A stretch of 64,000 nt of DNA, from the sequence record NC_047838.1. One strand, written 5' to 3'. A program made the translations under genes and the position numbers. The first letter of the stretch is position 1. The number at the start of each line of letters is the position of its first letter. The notes under the pieces were generated by a model. That model did no database searches. It was given only the letters and a program-made list of their open reading frames with translations, and was not told where the DNA came from. Shown here one piece after another: positions 54,883 to 64,000 of this stretch.

Positions 54883-55959
54883 ATGGCTTCAACACTTTCA
54901 AGACAACAAACCTCTTCGTGGGATAACTTCTGCGAGTGGGTAACTTCTACCAATAACCGCCTCTATGTCGGTTGGTTCGGCGTTCTGATGATCCCAACTC
55001 TGTTGGCAGCAACCATCTGTTTCGTCGTAGCATTCGTCGCTGCTCCTCCTGTGGACATCGATGGCATCCGTGAACCCGTCGCTGGTTCACTTCTGTACGG
55101 TAACAACATCATCTCTGGTGCAGTTGTTCCCTCTTCCAACGCAATTGGTCTTCACTTCTATCCCATCTGGGAAGCCGCATCGCTTGACGAGTGGCTGTAT
55201 AACGGTGGTCCTTTCCAACTCGTAGTCTTCCACTTCCTCATCGGCATCTATGCCTATATGGGTCGTGAGTGGGAACTTTCCTATCGTTTGGGTATGCGCC
55301 CCTGGATCTGCGTTGCATATAGCGCACCTGTCGCTGCTGCTTCTGCTGTGTTCCTCGTTTATCCTTTCGGTCAAGGATCTTTCTCCGATGCTATGCCTCT
55401 TGGTATCTCTGGTACTTTTAACTATATGCTTGTATTCCAAGCAGAACACAATATCCTTATGCATCCGTTCCACATGCTCGGTGTTGCTGGGGTATTCGGT
55501 GGATCTCTGTTCTCTGCTATGCATGGAAGTCTCGTTACTTCTTCGCTGGTCCGTGAAACCACGGAAACTGAGTCCCAAAACTACGGTTACAAGTTCGGTC
55601 AAGAAGAAGAGACCTATAACATCGTTGCCGCTCACGGTTACTTCGGTCGTCTGATTTTCCAGTATGCATCTTTTAACAATTCTAGAAGTCTGCATTTCTT
55701 CCTCGCTGCGTGGCCAGTCGTGGGAATCTGGTTTACCGCCCTCGGCGTCAGCACCATGGCATTCAACCTCAACGGATTCAACTTCAATCAATCCATTATT
55801 GATGGTCAAGGTCGTGTTCTGAACACCTGGGCAGACGTACTCAACCGCGCTGGTCTGGGTATGGAAGTTATGCACGAGCGCAATGCTCACAACTTCCCAC
55901 TCGACCTCGCTGCTGCTGAGTCCACTCCTGTGGCACTCCAAGCACCTGCAGTTGGTTGA
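54883..55959 (+). CDS. psbA: photosystem II D1 protein
   Basis: [22 protein letters not shown]; uninterrupted; start at ATG 54883. Confidence 0.99.
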   Translation: MASTLSRQQTSSWDNFCEWVTSTNNRLYVGWFGVLMIPTLLAATICFVVAFVAAPPVDIDGIREPVAGSLLYGNNIISGAVVPSSNAIGLHFYPIWEAASLDEWLYNGGPFQLVVFHFLIGIYAYMGREWELSYRLGMRPWICVAYSAPVAAASAVFLVYPFGQGSFSDAMPLGISGTFNYMLVFQAEHNILMHPFHMLGVAGVFGGSLFSAMHGSLVTSSLVRETTETESQNYGYKFGQEEETYNIVAAHGYFGRLIFQYASFNNSRSLHFFLAAWPVVGIWFTALGVSTMAFNLNGFNFNQSIIDGQGRVLNTWADVLNRAGLGMEVMHERNAHNFPLDLAAAESTPVALQAPAVG

Positions 55960-55978
55960 TAAAACCTGCTAGACTTAC

Positions 55979-56006
55979 AGAGGGTCTACGGACCCTCTAT
56001 TTTTTT
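55979..56006 (+). terminator. intrinsic terminator after psbA
   Basis: AGAGGGTC-TACG-GACCCTCT followed by T7. Confidence 0.85.
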
Positions 56007-56039
56007 ACTCTTTAATGTTAAGTAATATTACTTATTCAC

Positions 56040-57095
56040 ATGGTAGCATCAAATTTAACTCTACAACAGAGGGGATGGTTCGATGTCCTGGATGACTGGC
56101 TTAAACGCGACCGCTTTGTCTTTGTGGGCTGGTCTGGACTACTTCTTTTTCCCACTGCTTATCTTGCAATTGGTGGCTGGCTTACTGGCACAACTTTCGT
56201 TACGAGCTGGTACACCCACGGGTTGGCGTCTAGTTACCTTGAGGGCGCTAATTTTCTTACAGCGGCAGTGTCAACTCCTGCTGACGCTATGGGTCATTCT
56301 CTTCTTTTACTTTGGGGTCCTGAAGCTCAGGGGGACTTTATCCGCTGGTGCCAGCTTGGGGGACTCTGGGCTTTTGTGGCGCTCCACGGAGCCTTCGCTC
56401 TTATCGGTTTTATGCTCAGGCAGTTTGAACTTGCTCGTCTAATCGGTATCCGACCCTATAATGCGATTGCTTTTTCTGGTCCTATTGCTGTATTCGTCTC
56501 TGTATTTCTCATCTACCCTCTCGGACAATCCTCTTGGTTCTTTGCGCCGAGTTTCGGTGTCGCGGCGATTTTCCGCTTCCTTCTCTTCCTCCAGGGCTTT
56601 CATAATTGGACGCTCAATCCCTTCCATATGATGGGAGTGGCAGGAATCTTAGGTGGTGCGTTGCTTTCCGCGATCCATGGTGTTACAGTAGAAAACACTC
56701 TGTATCAAGATGGTGAACAAGCAAATACTTTTAAGGCATTCGACTCAACTCAAGAAGAAGAAACCTACTCTATGGTTACGGCAAACCGTTTCTGGTCTCA
56801 GATCTTCGGTATTGCGTTTAGCAATAAGAGGTGGTTGCATTTCTTTATGCTGTTTGTTCCTGTTATGGGTCTGTGGACAAGTTCCATCGGTATTATTGGT
56901 CTTGCTCTCAACCTTCGTGCTTATGACTTTGTTTCCCAAGAAATCAGAGCATCAGAAGACCCAGAGTTTGAAACCTTCTACACCAAGAACATTCTCTTAA
57001 ACGAAGGTCTTCGTGCCTGGATGGCACCTGTTGACCAACCACACGAACAGTTTGTATTCCCAGAAGAAGTTCTTCCAAGAGGTAACGCACTGTGA
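56040..57095 (+). CDS. psbD: photosystem II D2 protein
   Basis: [16 protein letters not shown]...[11 protein letters not shown]. Confidence 0.99.
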   Translation: MVASNLTLQQRGWFDVLDDWLKRDRFVFVGWSGLLLFPTAYLAIGGWLTGTTFVTSWYTHGLASSYLEGANFLTAAVSTPADAMGHSLLLLWGPEAQGDFIRWCQLGGLWAFVALHGAFALIGFMLRQFELARLIGIRPYNAIAFSGPIAVFVSVFLIYPLGQSSWFFAPSFGVAAIFRFLLFLQGFHNWTLNPFHMMGVAGILGGALLSAIHGVTVENTLYQDGEQANTFKAFDSTQEEETYSMVTANRFWSQIFGIAFSNKRWLHFFMLFVPVMGLWTSSIGIIGLALNLRAYDFVSQEIRASEDPEFETFYTKNILLNEGLRAWMAPVDQPHEQFVFPEEVLPRGNAL

Positions 57096-57310
57096 ACGGT
57101 TGGCTTGTCTTTGTTTATTTCTCATGCTTTGCTGTCATCGCTGGTGCTGCCTTTGCGATGATGTGGGCGAACATTCAGAACATCAATACGATGATGAATG
57201 CTCCACCAAAACCACGTCATCCAGAGGCACCAGCACCTGGTGAAGAAGTCATGTATGTTGATATGACAAGAGAAAGGTTGGAAGACCTTTACAACGAAGA
57301 CAAAAAATGA
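57092..57310 (+). CDS. DUF2973-like small membrane protein
   Basis: N-terminal TM segment then PRHPEAP. Confidence 0.6.
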   Translation: MNGWLVFVYFSCFAVIAGAAFAMMWANIQNINTMMNAPPKPRHPEAPAPGEEVMYVDMTRERLEDLYNEDKK

Positions 57311-57315
57311 TATAT

Positions 57316-57341
57316 AAAGGGCGTATCAATCGCCCTTTTTT
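57316..57341 (+). terminator. intrinsic terminator
   Basis: AAAGGGCG/CGCCCTTT followed by a T run. Confidence 0.7.
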
Positions 57342-57342
57342 A

Positions 57343-57987
57343 ATGAAAATTTTTCTAGACACAGCTGATACTAATGTCATCAAAGAATATTTTGAGACAG
57401 GGTTAGTGGATGGTGTGACAACCAACCCTACTCTCATCATGAAAAGTGGTAGAAATCCAGAAGAGGTATATCAGGAGATCAAAGATATCGGAGTAGAAGA
57501 TATCAGTATGGAGGTGATGGGCACCGCTGCTGAGATGTATCATGAAGGACGTAGACTTCACATGAAGTTTGGTGATGTTGCTACCATCAAAGTTCCTTGC
57601 ACCAGAGATGGTCTGAGTGTATGTAAGCAACTGTCTGATGAAGGCATCAAGGTCAATGTCACACTCATCTTCTGTGCCTCTCAAGCAGTCCTAGCAGCGA
57701 AGGCAGGGGCAACATACGTTTCTCCCTTTGTAGGACGCTTGGACGACCAGTCAGTAGCGGGTCTGGAGGTTGTACGATCTATCTCTGAACTGTATCGTAT
57801 CCATGGAATCAGAACTCAGGTTCTGTCTGCCTCTATTCGTAGCGTGCAACGTGCTATCAGGTCATGGTATAATGGTGCTGAGATTTGCACGATGCCACCC
57901 AAAGTATTCGATCAGATGTATGATCACATCCTTACCGACAAAGGTATGGAAATTTTTGAAAACGATTGGAAAGGAGTCCAAAAGTAA
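57343..57987 (+). CDS. talC: transaldolase (TalC/MipB type)
   Basis: FLDTAD, GVTTNPTL, IKVP, VNVTLIF, YVSPFVGRLDD; start at 57343. Confidence 0.96.
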   Translation: MKIFLDTADTNVIKEYFETGLVDGVTTNPTLIMKSGRNPEEVYQEIKDIGVEDISMEVMGTAAEMYHEGRRLHMKFGDVATIKVPCTRDGLSVCKQLSDEGIKVNVTLIFCASQAVLAAKAGATYVSPFVGRLDDQSVAGLEVVRSISELYRIHGIRTQVLSASIRSVQRAIRSWYNGAEICTMPPKVFDQMYDHILTDKGMEIFENDWKGVQK

Positions 57988-58220
57988 TGTTTGAAGTTTA
58001 TTCCCGCGACGGATGTCCCTATTGCACCAAGGTTGTTCAGGTGTTACAGTTAGCGGAGTTGAAATTTGTAGAGCACAAACTCGGTAGAGATTTCACTCGT
58101 GACGAGTTCTATAATCAGTTTGGACCTGGTTCAACTTTCCCCAGGGTTAAATATGAAGATAGACTCCTCGGTGGATGCACCGAAACAGTCCAGTACTTAA
58201 GAGAGCAGAAATTAGTCTAA
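57987..58220 (+). CDS. nrdC: glutaredoxin
   Basis: CPYC, TFP, GGC; start at 57987. Confidence 0.9.
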   Translation: MFEVYSRDGCPYCTKVVQVLQLAELKFVEHKLGRDFTRDEFYNQFGPGSTFPRVKYEDRLLGGCTETVQYLREQKLV

Positions 58221-58579
58221 TGGAACAGAACCTCAGCGACATCTTCGATCTAGTAGAACATGCTATTGATAATGCCTTTGAGGGACAAATGAATTTAAAA
58301 TTCTACGACTACTTAAAAGACAACAAAACTAAAAAACACGAAGTTGATACATTCATCGATAGCACCACCGCTACTGAGCTCAACGATCTTACACAAGAAC
58401 TTGAGGAGTATATAAAAGGTGGTGCCGATAATGAGCACAAACAACTTCGCGAAGGTTACGGTCACATTCCTAAACCTCAAGCAAGAAAAATTAAAAATTA
58501 TTTGTATGGCATCTTAGAAGATGCATGGAGGTATAGTGATGACCGAAAACCCGGACGACGAAAAAAGCATTCTAAATAA
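58220..58579 (+). CDS. conserved hypothetical protein
   Basis: LREGYGHIPKPQARKIK; start at 58220. Confidence 0.7.
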   Translation: MEQNLSDIFDLVEHAIDNAFEGQMNLKFYDYLKDNKTKKHEVDTFIDSTTATELNDLTQELEEYIKGGADNEHKQLREGYGHIPKPQARKIKNYLYGILEDAWRYSDDRKPGRRKKHSK

Positions 58580-58745
58580 ATCAGATCCCCATATTAATCG
58601 TGGGGTAGAGTTGCTTCTACGCAACAGGAGGGCAAAACCAGAACAACCAAAAACTTTTCAGGTAAAGTTTGGTAAGATGGTCGCTCTCTTCAAACGAGAG
58701 ATTGTATTCCACCTGAACTTCTACCTGGACATCAGGAAAAAATAA
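58539..58745 (+). CDS. hypothetical protein
   Basis: INRGVELLLRNRR; start at 58539. Confidence 0.6.
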   Translation: MTENPDDEKSILNKSDPHINRGVELLLRNRRAKPEQPKTFQVKFGKMVALFKREIVFHLNFYLDIRKK

Positions 58746-58760
58746 TCTCTGGAGTAGAAA

Positions 58761-58982
58761 ATGTTAGCAGTAACTCTCACTATTGGAACACTTGTTTCCA
58801 TCACTATGTTTTTTGTTGGAGGTATGGTAGGATGGTTAGCAAAAGAGCACGTCTATCAAACCCAACCCGTTTACACTCATCCAGAGATGTTTGATGCAAA
58901 CGGTAATGTCCTACCTGACGAAATTTTAGCAGTACGATTTGAAAACGATTATGAGTCCTACGAAGACGACGATGAAGGTTAA
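58761..58982 (+). CDS. single-TM hypothetical protein
   Basis: TM segment then HPEMFDANG. Confidence 0.65.
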   Translation: MLAVTLTIGTLVSITMFFVGGMVGWLAKEHVYQTQPVYTHPEMFDANGNVLPDEILAVRFENDYESYEDDDEG

Positions 58983-59424
58983 ACTTCCACCCAACCCTTT
59001 CATTCATGAGATTCTTGAACTCGCTAGTAAGCAACGTTCAAAGGCAAAGAAGATTGAGATTCTGAAAGAGTATGAGACTGATGCTCTGAAGACCATCTTT
59101 ATCTGGAACTTTGATGACACCGTGATTTCTGTTGTCCCAGAGGGTGAGGTTCCATTCAAAAAGAATGAAGTTCCTGTAGGAACGGACCACACTTCTCTGC
59201 GACGTGAACACAAGAATCTCTATCACTTTGTGAAAGGTGGTAATGATACTCTCTCTACCATTCGTAGAGAGACCATGTTCATTCAAATGCTGGAAGGATT
59301 GCACCCCGAAGAAGCACAGATTGTTTGCTTAACAAAAGATAAACAATTGCAATCTAAATACAAGATAACTTATGATATGGTCAAAGAAGCTTATCCAGAT
59401 ATTCAATGGGGAGGTCGCTCATGA
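58972..59424 (+). CDS. conserved T4-like hypothetical protein (DUF6433-like)
   Basis: RRETMFIQMLEGLHPEEA; start at 58972. Confidence 0.7.
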   Translation: MKVKLPPNPFIHEILELASKQRSKAKKIEILKEYETDALKTIFIWNFDDTVISVVPEGEVPFKKNEVPVGTDHTSLRREHKNLYHFVKGGNDTLSTIRRETMFIQMLEGLHPEEAQIVCLTKDKQLQSKYKITYDMVKEAYPDIQWGGRS

Positions 59425-59765
59425 CGGTTGAGGTAGCCGAACAACAGCAAGAGGAAATGGCAAGTCATAGTCAAGATGGTAAACCAGTCAACCAATCAGA
59501 TTATGGATGCCAAATCCTTCTCGAAAAAACCTCTATCGAAGCAGCAAACGACAAATCTTTTCCAACAGATGCTAGATTGATCTGGTATATTGTTGATGGG
59601 GTTGAATACGTGGACCTCACACGTTGTGGTAAGGTCTCTAAAATGTTTGACATGTATTATGATAAGTATGGAAAAGGTAGTGTGCAAAGAATTGATTTTG
59701 GATATGGATCTGTGAATCCAAAACTGTGGGGAGTCAAACCTAAGAAAGACAAGAAGAAAAAATGA
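59421..59765 (+). CDS. hypothetical protein
   Basis: FDMYYDKYG...GSVNPKLWG; start at ATG 59421. Confidence 0.65.
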   Translation: MTVEVAEQQQEEMASHSQDGKPVNQSDYGCQILLEKTSIEAANDKSFPTDARLIWYIVDGVEYVDLTRCGKVSKMFDMYYDKYGKGSVQRIDFGYGSVNPKLWGVKPKKDKKKK

Positions 59766-60040
59766 ACGAAGAGGATCTTAAAGAACAAATTAATTCCTTG
59801 ATCCGCGACGAAATCCAAGACGTTATCAACGATTATGTTGATTCGGTTGAGGAAACAAAGAAAGCAGGTCTCGGATTTGTTTCCGCCGATGACGACCAAA
59901 AATTGAAAGTCAAAGTCTCTCAGAAAGAAATTGATAAGATCATCAAGGAATACAAACGCATTAAGAAAGAAGAGAGGTCTAACCTAACTCATATCAAAAA
60001 GTTAGGATTAGTAGACAAACACGGTAACCCGTTAAAATAA
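59762..60040 (+). CDS. hypothetical protein
   Basis: ATGA-coupled ORF. Confidence 0.65.
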   Translation: MNEEDLKEQINSLIRDEIQDVINDYVDSVEETKKAGLGFVSADDDQKLKVKVSQKEIDKIIKEYKRIKKEERSNLTHIKKLGLVDKHGNPLK

Positions 60041-60049
60041 ATACAACAG

Positions 60050-60078
60050 TTGACTTGTCAACGATATTTTGTTATAGT
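60050..60078 (+). promoter_or_regulatory. sigma70-type early promoter (late ATAAATA at 60037-60043 just upstream)
   Basis: TTGACT-17-TATAGT. Confidence 0.7.
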
Positions 60079-60103
60079 CTCACTATGAAAAACTACTTTC
60101 ACC

Positions 60104-60301
60104 ATGTCTTATAAACCATATTCACCTGAGTGGCATCGTAAGAGGTATCTCAAAGAAGCAATCGACACATACTTCGATGACTACGTGGATAATAAAGTAA
60201 TCTATGAAGATATCATGGATATCCTAGGTGCTAGGATGTCTGCTGCGGTTGATGAGGTTAATAAGGTTCTTGATCTTAAAGACAAACTCAAATTGAACTA
60301 A
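60104..60301 (+). CDS. hypothetical protein
   Basis: MSYKPYSPEWHRKRYLKE. Confidence 0.65.
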   Translation: MSYKPYSPEWHRKRYLKEAIDTYFDDYVDNKVIYEDIMDILGARMSAAVDEVNKVLDLKDKLKLN

Positions 60302-60302
60302 C

Positions 60303-60614
60303 ATGCTCTCCACCCAATACAGACTCAGACTTGAGTCCATTTGCAGATGTATTGCGAACAAAGAAGAGGTTCCCCTAGAGGATATGATCTGGGCAGAAAA
60401 ACTTGCCAAAGCACATACTCTTGCTAGAGATTGGTTAAACAAAGCACGTCGTCAGTCCAAAGGTATTGAGGAAGGTAGTACCGATGATTTTTTGAATAAG
60501 ATGGGACTAGGCGACCCCGACCCATCTAATCATAGAACGGGGTTCGGTGGTGCTGATGAGATCGTTGATTGGTTCCAAAGAGACAAGCCCGATGATTGGA
60601 GGCAACGTGACTGA
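60303..60614 (+). CDS. conserved hypothetical protein
   Basis: MLSTQYRLRLESIC...DDWRQRD. Confidence 0.7.
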   Translation: MLSTQYRLRLESICRCIANKEEVPLEDMIWAEKLAKAHTLARDWLNKARRQSKGIEEGSTDDFLNKMGLGDPDPSNHRTGFGGADEIVDWFQRDKPDDWRQRD

Positions 60615-60750
60615 GAAACAAGTTCCATGGTGGACACTGCATGAAGTTGCAGATGAATTGGGTGCTACGCTGAGACACATCTCATGTGTAGATAGTAATG
60701 GTAGAAGGTATAAACGTGTTGTACTAGAGTATGAAGAGGAGGAAGAATGA
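60607..60750 (+). CDS. small hypothetical protein
   Basis: GTG start at 60607. Confidence 0.5.
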   Translation: MTEKQVPWWTLHEVADELGATLRHISCVDSNGRRYKRVVLEYEEEEE

Positions 60751-60986
60751 AACAAGCACTTGTATACTCAAACGGAAGTCAAGAATGCGAAAGGGCAAAG
60801 ATGGTCCTTGAAGCATGTGGTCAAGAGGTGAGAGAGTTTCTACTTGGTGCTGACTTCAGCGACAGACAGTTTCGTGCTGAGTTTGGTAGTGAAGCAGAGT
60901 ATCCTCAGGTTGCTATTGGACTCAATCATCGTGGCACTTTGAAAGAGACTCTCAAGTTCATGTCTGATACCGGGATGTTTGTATAA
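60747..60986 (+). CDS. glutaredoxin-fold protein
   Basis: SQEC (single Cys), YPQV. Confidence 0.65.
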   Translation: MKQALVYSNGSQECERAKMVLEACGQEVREFLLGADFSDRQFRAEFGSEAEYPQVAIGLNHRGTLKETLKFMSDTGMFV

Positions 60987-60988
60987 AC

Positions 60989-61004
60989 TGTATCACAAGT
61001 TACA
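60989..61004. promoter_or_regulatory. NtcA-binding site
   Basis: TGTA-TCACAAGT-TACA, exact TGTA-N8-TACA, ending 7 nt before a -35 box. Confidence 0.7.
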
Positions 61005-61011
61005 AAACTAC

Positions 61012-61040
61012 TTGACTATATAATCTATGAAGGGTATAAT
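61012..61040 (+). promoter_or_regulatory. sigma70-type early promoter
   Basis: TTGACT-17-TATAAT. Confidence 0.85.
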
Positions 61041-61047
61041 AACCCTA

Positions 61048-61126
61048 CGTTCATCCCACATGGGACGCAAGTAAGTCGCGGAACGGATCGTTCATCCCTT
61101 CGGGGACGCAAACGACTGAAGGAACG
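61048..61126 (+). ncRNA. tandem glutamine-riboswitch-like aptamers (glnA/Downstream-peptide class)
   Basis: Two CGTTC-A-TCCC..GGGA-CGCA..GAACG units (61048-61085, 61089-61126); the second has CTGAAG. Confidence 0.75.
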
Positions 61127-61185
61127 GGAAAACGGATCCACCGAAAGGTGAGAAGGTTAACTTTCCATTCATTCAGGACAATCAA

Positions 61186-61353
61186 ATGAACACACTCAAC
61201 CTCATTCGCAAGCAGATCAACAAAGCATCTGCCCTTCATGACGCTCAGATCACTCATACCGCATACCGTGGTATCGTGACCAAAGTTACGAACGTCAAAC
61301 CAACTGAAGTGCATGGTGAATTCACATACCGTGGACGCACCTACACTAAGTGA
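61186..61353 (+). CDS. DUF4278-like 55-aa peptide (not in ORF track)
   Basis: Two YRG motifs (TAYRGIV, FTYRGRTY); AGGA RBS. Confidence 0.8.
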   Translation: MNTLNLIRKQINKASALHDAQITHTAYRGIVTKVTNVKPTEVHGEFTYRGRTYTK

Positions 61354-61379
61354 TTGACTTACACATTTAATATGATAGA

Positions 61380-61405
61380 ATGGGAGGGAAACCTCCCATT
61401 TTTTT
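61380..61405 (+). terminator. intrinsic terminator
   Basis: ATGGGAGG-GAAA-CCTCCCAT followed by T6. Confidence 0.85.
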
Positions 61406-61573
61406 ATGGATAGAGAGAAACTTAAATTAATTGTGAGGAACTTAAAGTCCCTTGTAGATGTACTTGAGTCAGAGGTATACTCTGATGTTGATGCATACAA
61501 ACAACCAGAAAATATTATCACAGACTACGACGAAGTTTATGACGAAGGAGATGATGACGGATACCCCGATTAA
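61406..61573 (+). CDS. 55-aa hypothetical protein (not in ORF track)
   Basis: MDREKLKLIVRNLKSLVDVLESEVYSD. Confidence 0.6.
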   Translation: MDREKLKLIVRNLKSLVDVLESEVYSDVDAYKQPENIITDYDEVYDEGDDDGYPD

Positions 61574-62198
61574 ATTGATCAGCGTCACTCCTGATGCTGA
61601 GAAACACATGGCTTACTGTGCCCGTGTAAGCAATCCAAACAACCAGGAGAACGAAAAGTTTTCTGGTCTGCTCAAGTATTGTGTGAAGCACCAGCACTGG
61701 AGTATCTTTGAGCAGGCATACATGACCCTGGAAATCAATACCACTAGGGGTGTGGCAGCTCAAGTGCTCCGGCACCGTTCGATGACATATCAAGAATTTT
61801 CACAACGCTATGCTGATTCTTCCCTACTCGCGGAGGAGATCCCTCTACCTGAACTACGCAGACAAGACACCAAGAATCGTCAGAATTCTATTGATGATGT
61901 TGACCCGTTCGTGGTTCAGAAATACGAAATGTTGATGCAGCAACACTTCAAAGAGGCGATGGATCTCTATAAGAAGATGCTTGATGATGGGATCGCAAAG
62001 GAGTGTGCTCGTTTTGTGCTCCCCCTGGCAACGCCCACCAGACTCTACATGACGGGTTCAGTTCGCTCATGGATTCATTACATCGAACTGCGGTCTGCTA
62101 ATGGCACTCAGAAAGAGCATATGGATATTGCTCTAGGTGCTAAGAAAATCTTCTGTGAGCAGTTCCCTGCTGTCGCTGAAGCGATGGAGTGGAATTAA
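61551..62198 (+). CDS. thyX: flavin-dependent thymidylate synthase
   Basis: HWSIFE, QVLRHRSMTYQEFSQRY, KECARFVLP; start at 61551 or 61554. Confidence 0.95.
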   Translation: MMTDTPIKLISVTPDAEKHMAYCARVSNPNNQENEKFSGLLKYCVKHQHWSIFEQAYMTLEINTTRGVAAQVLRHRSMTYQEFSQRYADSSLLAEEIPLPELRRQDTKNRQNSIDDVDPFVVQKYEMLMQQHFKEAMDLYKKMLDDGIAKECARFVLPLATPTRLYMTGSVRSWIHYIELRSANGTQKEHMDIALGAKKIFCEQFPAVAEAMEWN

Positions 62199-62204
62199 TA
62201 AATA
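62198..62204 (+). promoter_or_regulatory. late promoter candidate ATAAATA
   Basis: 21 nt before the ATG at 62226. Confidence 0.55.
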
Positions 62205-62225
62205 CAAGTAAAGGATTGAACGTTT

Positions 62226-62468
62226 ATGCCAACGTACCCCGTTATTAATTTAGAGACGAAAGAAAAGAAGACTCTCAGTATGACCATGAAGGAATATTGT
62301 GAGTGGAAAGAACAGAACCCAGGATGGGACAAGGACTGGCAAGCAGGTGTTGCTGGAGTGGGTGAGGTCGGTGAGATATACGACAAACTTAAAAAATCTC
62401 ACCCAGGTTGGAACGATGTTCTTCATAAGGTATCGAAACAACCTCGCTCCAACGTCCGTCCTATCTGA
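62226..62468 (+). CDS. FmdB-like small protein
   Basis: MPTYP start and GWNDVL end; lacks the usual CxxC. Confidence 0.6.
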   Translation: MPTYPVINLETKEKKTLSMTMKEYCEWKEQNPGWDKDWQAGVAGVGEVGEIYDKLKKSHPGWNDVLHKVSKQPRSNVRPI

Positions 62469-62479
62469 CCTTTTCTTCT

Positions 62480-63235
62480 ATGCCAACTAAAAGAAAGTCC
62501 CAATCACCAGTAGTCCCGTTCGGGATGAGCAACAAGCACATGAAAAGAAAAAAACCAATTAACTCAGACTTGATGAAGAACATCGAGCCTCTGACAGAAA
62601 ATCAGGAAGAACTTTTCCGTTGCTACAAGAACGATCAAAACCTTGTCGCATATGGTTGTGCCGGAACTGGTAAGACTTTCATCACACTCTATAATGCACT
62701 TAGAGATGTGTTAGATGTCAAGACACCCTACGAAAAGATCTACATCGTCAGGTCTCTTGTAGCAACCAGAGAGATTGGTTTCCTTCCTGGAGACCATGAG
62801 GATAAGTCCTCTCTCTATCAGATCCCATATAAGAACATGGTCAAATACATGTTCGAGATGCCTACAGACTCTGACTTTGAGATGCTGTATGGTAATCTCA
62901 AAAACCAGGGAACAATCTCATTCTGGTCTACGTCATTCATTCGTGGCACCACACTTGATAATGCAATCATCATCGTTGACGAATTCCAGAATCTAAACTA
63001 TCATGAACTTGATAGTATTATTACAAGGATCGGACAGAACTCTAAGATTATGTTCTGCGGTGATGCTACACAGACCGACCTTCTCAAGACTAATGAGAAG
63101 AATGGAGTTATTGACTTTATGAAGATCCTTCGTATCATGCCTTCAGTTGATATTGTTGAGTTTGGAGTGGAAGATATTGTTCGCTCTGGATTGGTGAAAG
63201 AATACTTACTCGCTAAGATGGAAATGAATTTATGA
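62480..63235 (+). CDS. phoH: PhoH-like ATPase
   Basis: GCAGTGKT, GFLPG, RGTTL, IVDEFQN, GDATQTD, RSGLV. Confidence 0.95.
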   Translation: MPTKRKSQSPVVPFGMSNKHMKRKKPINSDLMKNIEPLTENQEELFRCYKNDQNLVAYGCAGTGKTFITLYNALRDVLDVKTPYEKIYIVRSLVATREIGFLPGDHEDKSSLYQIPYKNMVKYMFEMPTDSDFEMLYGNLKNQGTISFWSTSFIRGTTLDNAIIIVDEFQNLNYHELDSIITRIGQNSKIMFCGDATQTDLLKTNEKNGVIDFMKILRIMPSVDIVEFGVEDIVRSGLVKEYLLAKMEMNL

Positions 63236-63915
63236 TTTTTGAGCATTGTAATTATCTCGGTGATCTTGAACTAAACAAAAAAGAAACCAACGGCATCCGT
63301 CTCTATAACTTACCTAATGGAGAATGGGTGCCTTCTATCACGTCAGTAACTTCTTTCTACAACAGACAGATCTTTGCTAAGTGGCGTGAGAGAATTGGTG
63401 TCGAAGAAGCAAATAGAATCACTAAGAAAGCAACTGCTCGTGGAACTGATTTCCATGAAGCAGTTGAAGTCTATATGAGGAACAAAGAAATAAACTGGGA
63501 TGAGTTTAGACCTGCAACTCAGTTTATGTTTCATCATGCCAAGCCATATCTGGACAAGATAAATAATGTACACGCTATAGAAAGGACTCTGTACTCAGAG
63601 TATCTTGGACTAGCTGGTAGGGTTGACTGCATAGCGGAATACGAAGGAGAGTTAGCAGTCATCGATTTCAAAACATCTGAAAAGATTAAACCTGAAAAGT
63701 GGTTGGAGAACTATTTCGTTCAAGAAATGTTCTATGCAACTGCTTACTACGAACTCACAGGTATCCCTGTCAAAAAACTTATCACTATCATGGTCACACC
63801 TGGTGGCGATGTCAAAGTGTTTGACAAAAGGAACAAAGGGGACTATATTAAATTGTTAGTTCGTTACATTAAAGAATTTGTATCTCACAATCTTAGGACA
63901 GAGAATGGAGAATGA
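63232..63915 (+). CDS. PD-(D/E)XK exonuclease (ExoA/Cas4-like)
   Basis: PSITSV, RGTDFH, AGRVDC, IDFKTS, Q..Y..AY. Confidence 0.88.
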   Translation: MIFEHCNYLGDLELNKKETNGIRLYNLPNGEWVPSITSVTSFYNRQIFAKWRERIGVEEANRITKKATARGTDFHEAVEVYMRNKEINWDEFRPATQFMFHHAKPYLDKINNVHAIERTLYSEYLGLAGRVDCIAEYEGELAVIDFKTSEKIKPEKWLENYFVQEMFYATAYYELTGIPVKKLITIMVTPGGDVKVFDKRNKGDYIKLLVRYIKEFVSHNLRTENGE

Positions 63916-64000
63916 ACTAGAAAAAGTATTAGAATCTAAATTCTTTTGCCCTTCTCGATTTGCACAGGAGATCGAATCTCTTGTAATTAAAAACGCAGAC
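63905..64000 (+). CDS. gp33: late-promoter transcription coactivator (3' truncated by window)
   Basis: MENELEKVLESKFFCPSRFAQEIESLV; usual position after the exonuclease. Confidence 0.75.
   Translation, partial: MENELEKVLESKFFCPSRFAQEIESLVIKNAD

Noticed and set aside
55087-55941. 284-aa antisense ORF inside psbA
   Set aside because: In-register shadow of a highly biased gene; no RBS, promoter or recognisable motif
63232-63915. Cas4-like nuclease as evidence of CRISPR
   Set aside because: Usual cyanophage exonuclease between phoH and gp33; no repeat-spacer array seen in the window

Overview
This is a 64-kb piece of a T4-like marine cyanomyovirus genome (Kyanoviridae type; gnd, zwf, petE, PTOX and many tRNAs suggest a Synechococcus host). 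It runs from the gp41 helicase to gp33 and almost all genes are on the + strand. In order: replication and nucleotide genes (gp41, mazG, gp61, nrdAB); a late block of probable head-internal proteins; 8 tRNAs interleaved with structured non-coding segments; a roughly 24-kb island of 29 glycan genes; two small outer-membrane beta proteins plus pstS; a host-metabolism block (2 hli, petE, PTOX, gnd, zwf, psbA, psbD, talC); the only minus-strand operon (late promoter, three secreted-looking proteins); an NtcA box, sigma70 promoter, tandem glutamine-riboswitch-like RNA and DUF4278-like peptide; then thyX, phoH, exonuclease and gp33. I saw no CRISPR array, IS element, intron or intein. All family calls come from motifs read by eye and recalled family knowledge; no database search or folding program was run. 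Many starts were moved from the ORF track to the more plausible downstream codon.
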